Positions 59,996 through 64,000 of a stretch of 64,000 nucleotides of DNA are shown piece after piece. The stretch is from the IMG/VR virus record IMGVR_UViG_3300032288_001804, positions 32,428-96,427 of that record; one strand, 5' to 3'. This stretch comes from a virus. Made by a program: the position numbers and the translations under genes. The stretch's first letter is position 1. Each line of letters opens with the position of its first letter. The notes beneath the pieces were generated by a model that saw only the letters and a program-made list of their open reading frames with translations, ran no database searches and was not told the DNA's origin.

Positions 59996-60611
59996 TCTTT
60001 TTTATTTCATAATAATAACTATTAGAATCTTCAGATACCCACTTATCAGATTGGGCCTCAACGGACTCTATATGCGTATCTACTTTAAATGTAGAAGGTT
60101 CTACAGGAAATGGCTTTGTAACCCAATTAGAATCTCTCCAGTATATTCTATTATTAGGTTGACAAAGTAAATAACCATCATCTGCAATTAAAATATGCCC
60201 ACATTTATAATCAGATGGCTCATCAGAGTAAGGATTTTTATACCAATCTACTGTCATTAAATATGTAGCCCATATCATACTACCATCTTTTAAAACTACT
60301 TGACAGCGTTTTTCATATAGATAATCATATGTAATAACAGATATATTTTCTGAAAAGCAATCCCATAGTTGTTTAAAGTGAAATGGAATATCAGCTTTAG
60401 GTATTTCCATGTATATTTCTGAAATAGGTACTCTTGATCTAAGCATACCATAATCAGTCATTACGTGAAACGTTAGTATTTTACCAGCTAAGGATTGTAC
60501 AGCAAATGCATAAGCTTTATGATAAGTATTGCTATCAGCGTCATCTTTTGTAAAATGTGATGCTTTTACATAACACTTAAAAAGTTCTATATTTTCATTA
60601 AGCTTTGACAT
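59970..60611 (-). CDS. Hypothetical phage protein
   Basis: 213-aa ORF with aromatic conserved-looking motifs (QLWDCFS, YLMTVDW, QPNNRI). Confidence 0.6.
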   Translation of the reverse strand: MSKLNENIELFKCYVKASHFTKDDADSNTYHKAYAFAVQSLAGKILTFHVMTDYGMLRSRVPISEIYMEIPKADIPFHFKQLWDCFSENISVITYDYLYEKRCQVVLKDGSMIWATYLMTVDWYKNPYSDEPSDYKCGHILIADDGYLLCQPNNRIYWRDSNWVTKPFPVEPSTFKVDTHIESVEAQSDKWVSEDSNSYYYEIKKIEDDSQTI

Positions 60612-61419
60612 TTTCCTTTAGTCTATTAATAATGTTTATAACTTCAGTCTTAAGATATGGTACATCATATTGTACAATTTCTTGTACAACTGGCTCACCA
60701 AAATCATTATACTTCACAATTCTATTGTCATACGCATCCTTACCAGCTTCCTCAAATAGTATATGTTCTATAATCATTTTACCCGGTTTCAATCTAGGGT
60801 TATGTTTAATAATCATGTACATATAAAAACTTAACTGCAAAGAATAATGGTTAAGATTACAGTCATCCAAATGGTTGACTGGATCAAGCATCTTATCAGT
60901 AATTCCTTCCCAGTTAGTGTAACCGGTGGTTTTAATTTCTTTATTTGTTTTATAATCATAGATGTTAACCCTACCGTTTACCACCTCAACTCTATCTGCT
61001 TGGCCACATAACCCTGCACTCTTAAGATACATCATATGTTCGGGATATACACCATCACCAAGCTTTTGATCTGGTGCATTTTTAATACCATCTATTTCAA
61101 TAGGTTTAAAAACGGGTACTACAATGTCTTCCCTACTAATACTATCACATGATAATAAATCACGTTCTCTCTGTGCATGGTACCAAGTACCAAGACTCAT
61201 AGCTCTATTAGATTCACTTTTCCAAGCTTCTTTAATAGCTTCTGGCGTCATACCATACCACTTGCTTTTTTTACTCTTAGCTGACTTAGCAGCTATAGTA
61301 TCAGCATCAAATGGTTTTTTAAATTTAGATATGACACTAGTTACACTAGTCCATGAGATGTTCTCATTAGGATCAATGCTGCTATAACTATGAGTCTCGG
61401 GTTTAAATATTATCGCCAT
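60598..61419 (-). CDS. PD-(D/E)xK (Cas4/RecB-like) exonuclease; start revised to MAIIFK…
   Basis: SVTSVI, LGTWYH, PEHMMY…LCGQADRV…IYDYKTNK, YSLQLSFY. Confidence 0.85.
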   Translation of the reverse strand: MAIIFKPETHSYSSIDPNENISWTSVTSVISKFKKPFDADTIAAKSAKSKKSKWYGMTPEAIKEAWKSESNRAMSLGTWYHAQRERDLLSCDSISREDIVVPVFKPIEIDGIKNAPDQKLGDGVYPEHMMYLKSAGLCGQADRVEVVNGRVNIYDYKTNKEIKTTGYTNWEGITDKMLDPVNHLDDCNLNHYSLQLSFYMYMIIKHNPRLKPGKMIIEHILFEEAGKDAYDNRIVKYNDFGEPVVQEIVQYDVPYLKTEVINIINRLKENVKA

Positions 61420-61729
61420 TATTTTCCAGTTTCGCATTTAGATCATCTTCTTCTTCTTCTGTCATTACAGCAAACCATCTTCCGTGAGGGCATGCTGAAG
61501 ACATACTATAGGTTTTATATTTTAACGAACATCCACAATCACCGCAACAAGGTTGAGTTCCAGGCACCTCGCACTTGTTACCTTTAAGATCAATAAGAGG
61601 ACACGTGCTACATATATCATATCTGTAACTTGCTATCTTTTCAATCTTTTTACGAGTAAAGTAATAGTTAATTACTCCCTCTAGAATTAGCCATTTATTC
61701 TTCCAGATTTTCTTGATCTTGTTTACCAT
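61403..61729 (-). CDS. Zn-finger protein
   Basis: CSTC…C…CCGDCGC…CPHGRW. Confidence 0.7.
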   Translation of the reverse strand: MVNKIKKIWKNKWLILEGVINYYFTRKKIEKIASYRYDICSTCPLIDLKGNKCEVPGTQPCCGDCGCSLKYKTYSMSSACPHGRWFAVMTEEEEDDLNAKLENNGDNI

Positions 61730-62084
61730 ATCGTTTTTCTATAACGGTTTGTTTTATCTCTTTATAACTTTCTAGTTCTTGTTGTATCTCTAGGAGACGT
61801 TTAAGTCGGCTATCCGTTAAACTATAAGCCTGGTACTTATTAAAGGTTTTTGGGACAGGCGCCTTTTGGTACTCCCTATAGACATCAATAGTTCTACCTA
61901 ATGTTTTTGGCATTACTTCAAAAGTGCCAAGATTTATAACATCAAGTCTAGGTGACGTTAAGTTAGTCATTTGCTTTCGCAAACCTCCCCAATAAAAGTC
62001 GAGAATATCTTTAACAAGATTCTCGTCTAGTTGAAGATCACTCGCTACTTCGCTGTAAAGGGTTTTCGCTTTCTTGGGATTCAA
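61695..62084 (-). CDS. HU/IHF-like DNA-binding protein
   Basis: LYSEVASDLQLDENLVKDILD…RLDVINLGTFEV, an HU-fold pattern. Confidence 0.7.
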   Translation of the reverse strand: MNPKKAKTLYSEVASDLQLDENLVKDILDFYWGGLRKQMTNLTSPRLDVINLGTFEVMPKTLGRTIDVYREYQKAPVPKTFNKYQAYSLTDSRLKRLLEIQQELESYKEIKQTVIEKRYGKQDQENLEE

Positions 62085-62442
62085 CTCTTACCATTTTATA
62101 GTCTAACAAAATATTACCCGTTGTTTGGATCATAATCTCTGGGTTAAGCTTAATGCGTTTCTTAGCCTTACCATTTTTAAATACATTTACCAAACCGCGT
62201 CGCTGACCTTTAGATATTGCATTTCTTACGGATTGGCTATTGCCGAAAATGTTATTATCGGCAACAGCATTACAAAAATCCGCAAGTTCTTTTTCACCTG
62301 ATATTGCTAAGTAGGTTAAGCAATTAAGGTCACGATCAGATACTGAAATGTTTTTTAAATGGCAATGCACATTAAGCTGAAAACGTACTATGTCCCATAG
62401 GTTCATACGTACTTTTTTCTGTACTTGATTTACTACTGCCAT
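62038..62442 (-). CDS. Winged-helix DNA-binding protein
   Basis: SDRDLNCLTYL…SQSVRNAISKGQRRGLV…IKLNP wHTH pattern. Confidence 0.6.
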   Translation of the reverse strand: MAVVNQVQKKVRMNLWDIVRFQLNVHCHLKNISVSDRDLNCLTYLAISGEKELADFCNAVADNNIFGNSQSVRNAISKGQRRGLVNVFKNGKAKKRIKLNPEIMIQTTGNILLDYKMVRVESQESENPLQRSSE

Positions 62443-62448
62443 AATAAA

Positions 62449-62724
62449 TTACTTTTCTTTTCTTAAAACGCGTTTTCTAATCTCAGCCGTTTCTTCTGCA
62501 GTCTCCGGTGCATCATCACTTTCTTGTGGAGCTGGTGCCATTATCTGTGCTTGGCGCATTTGAGCTACTAAACGTCTTGCACGCAACTCTTCAATTTCTG
62601 TAGCAAGTGTTTCATAGTCTTTTTGCAATTGAAGAACTTGAATTTGCTCGCTGTAAAAAGCCATTAACTCAGCTTTTTTCTCCTCAATTTGTTCAGGAGT
62701 AAACATTTCTTGTTGGTTTTCCAT
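62449..62724 (-). CDS. Coiled-coil hypothetical protein (start revised to MENQQ…)
   Basis: ATG at 62724 lies downstream of a TATATTTG promoter-like element. The longer start would run through the promoter. Confidence 0.65.
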   Translation of the reverse strand: MENQQEMFTPEQIEEKKAELMAFYSEQIQVLQLQKDYETLATEIEELRARRLVAQMRQAQIMAPAPQESDDAPETAEETAEIRKRVLRKEK

Positions 62725-62748
62725 AACTTTTATATATTTAGGTTTAGA

Positions 62749-62756
62749 CAAATATA
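62749..62756 (-). promoter_or_regulatory. Bacteroidota -7 promoter element TATATTTG
   Basis: Exact TAnnTTTG match ~25 nt upstream of ATG 62724, just after a terminator. Confidence 0.6.
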
Positions 62757-62788
62757 TAATAAAAAGTTTAAACTCCAAATGTTTAGAC

Positions 62789-62820
62789 AAAAAAATACCC
62801 AGGCACGTTTGCCCAGGTAC
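62789..62820 (-). terminator. Rho-independent terminator
   Basis: UACCUGGGCA-AACG-UGCCUGGGUA followed by a U run. Confidence 0.8.
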
Positions 62821-62851
62821 CTTAACCTAAATCATATTAACCAATATAGAA

Positions 62852-63202
62852 TTAAGACTTTTTAGAGTCTTCTTTCTTTGCTTTGATGTAACCAGTAAGT
62901 TCTGCAATGTTAGTGCTTAACTGCGTCATGTGAGTAGTTAAGTTATCCATCTTCAGATCAAGCTTCTCATGAGCAGCTTTCTGGTCTTCTTTAAGTATTT
63001 CCATGCGGTTATAAATAGTTTCTTCCTTGTGAGTAAGATCAGTCTCTAGAGATTCCATATCACCGGCAAGCTTATCTACTTTCCCTCTTAACTTCCCCAG
63101 GTCTTGTTTCAGTGCAAAGTACGCTGATAATCCTGAGCCTATTGTCATCACTATCCAGATAACATCTTTGGTGCTAAACATCCATGTTTCCGCTGATCCC
63201 AT
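62852..63202 (-). CDS. Single-TM plus coiled-coil membrane protein (holin-like candidate)
   Basis: VIWIVMTIGSGLSAYFAL hydrophobic helix followed by heptads. Confidence 0.55.
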   Translation of the reverse strand: MGSAETWMFSTKDVIWIVMTIGSGLSAYFALKQDLGKLRGKVDKLAGDMESLETDLTHKEETIYNRMEILKEDQKAAHEKLDLKMDNLTTHMTQLSTNIAELTGYIKAKKEDSKKS

Positions 63203-63203
63203 T

Positions 63204-63830
63204 TTAATAAATCTTTTGTAGTATTGCTAATTCTGAGTAAATATTATTGTTAGGGTGAGCGCTGCCCCAAGTAGCTATTACTTCTAAGGTATTGCTAATA
63301 GTTGTGTCAAAATCTGTGTTATTCTCTACTGTAAAGTTAGTGCCTTCAAATGCATTAGATGCATCTTTGGTGTAAGTAAAAATACCACCAGACATAATGC
63401 TTGCTGATCCCGCAACACCTAGTGTACGTATAGTAAAATAAACATTAAGCTCCCAGTGTTTATCTGTACAAGCGGGTAATGTAATAGGTCCTGTATCTGC
63501 TAGTATAACAGAATCAGACATTATTTCTAGTCTCAACGGAGTTCCGTTTCTAGCACCTAAGTGACCTAACATTTTTAGGTGAAATGAATCACCTACTTTA
63601 AATGTATTTGCAGGAACTGTAAGTTGACCAATTCCAGGACCTAATAAACTACCAGGATCAGTTGTATCTGTAATAGAAGAGCTGTTTTTAAGTTCAGCAA
63701 ATAGACCTTTACCTAAGTTACTTTGCTCTAGACCAGTAGCAATAGCATCAAGACCTTGTAAGACCTTAAGTTCATAATTAAAGTTAGAGCCTTTATCTCC
63801 TTCTTTAGGGTTTCCGTTTCCTAGTGACAT
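63204..63830 (-). CDS. Beta-rich structural/decoration-like protein
   Basis: 208-aa ORF with beta-strand patterns. Confidence 0.45.
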   Translation of the reverse strand: MSLGNGNPKEGDKGSNFNYELKVLQGLDAIATGLEQSNLGKGLFAELKNSSSITDTTDPGSLLGPGIGQLTVPANTFKVGDSFHLKMLGHLGARNGTPLRLEIMSDSVILADTGPITLPACTDKHWELNVYFTIRTLGVAGSASIMSGGIFTYTKDASNAFEGTNFTVENNTDFDTTISNTLEVIATWGSAHPNNNIYSELAILQKIY

Positions 63831-63844
63831 ATTATTATAATTTA

Positions 63845-64000
63845 CTACATTTCTTCCGGTTCTGCAAGTGGTGATCCAGGAATTTGAATATCAAGTACTT
63901 GTGGGTCTTGATACTCTTGTCCATAATTTGTTAGTGCAGTTACTAACTCTTCTTTGGTATCATATATGAAAGATACCGGTTGTCCTGTTGTGAACTCACA
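63845..64000 (-). CDS. 3' end of a hypothetical protein
   Basis: Open frame …CEFTTGQPVSFIYDTKEELVTAL…EPEEM*. Confidence 0.55.
   Translation of the reverse strand, partial: CEFTTGQPVSFIYDTKEELVTALTNYGQEYQDPQVLDIQIPGSPLAEPEEM

Noticed and set aside
559-61587. Numerous plus-strand ORFs of 60-122 aa in the ORF track
   Set aside because: They lie antisense to long minus-strand genes and have the Ser/Leu/Phe-rich composition of reverse-frame shadows.
1-64000. Stop-codon reassignment (TAG/TGA), known in some crAss-like phages
   Set aside because: Genes are full-length under the standard code, and TAG and TGA end genes at tight junctions. No suppressor tRNA seen.
1-64000. CRISPR array, tRNA/rRNA, DGR or transposon
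   Set aside because: No spaced direct repeats, cloverleafs, reverse transcriptase or transposase motifs seen by eye. Intergenic gaps are under ~150 nt.

Overview
This window is the virion-assembly and ejected-cargo module of a crAss-like (Crassvirales-type) phage, probably infecting a Bacteroidota host. All credible genes are on the minus strand and use the standard code. In transcription order (right to left) they are: small regulatory and HU-like genes, a PD-(D/E)xK nuclease, terminase large subunit, portal, probable scaffold and major capsid protein. Next come seven tiny Lys/Arg-rich ORFs, ring and auxiliary-capsid genes, Cys-rich vWA/FN3 fibre-like genes and a muzzle/tail-stabilisation gene. 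The last ~33 kb encode giant cargo proteins, including a 3326-aa virion RNA polymerase (GGDFDIDK) and a truncated polyvalent protein that the ORF track missed. The most unusual signals are: (1) the three largest cargo proteins are almost Cys-free except for Cys at facing termini (…NRCE / MAIC…NKC / MASC), suggesting a head-to-tail linked ejection chain; (2) a recurring [A/M/Y/F/K]xxGG motif is shared by three cargo proteins and the tiny basic proteins; (3) the cargo carries nucleotidyltransferase, ADP-ribosyltransferase, macro-like, nuclease, zincin and lysozyme domains; (4) a cargo linker is rich in Bacteroidota O-glycosylation sequons; (5) terminator-ended elements are antisense to the phage's own translation-initiation motif. 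All domain calls come from motif recognition by eye, not from database searches.
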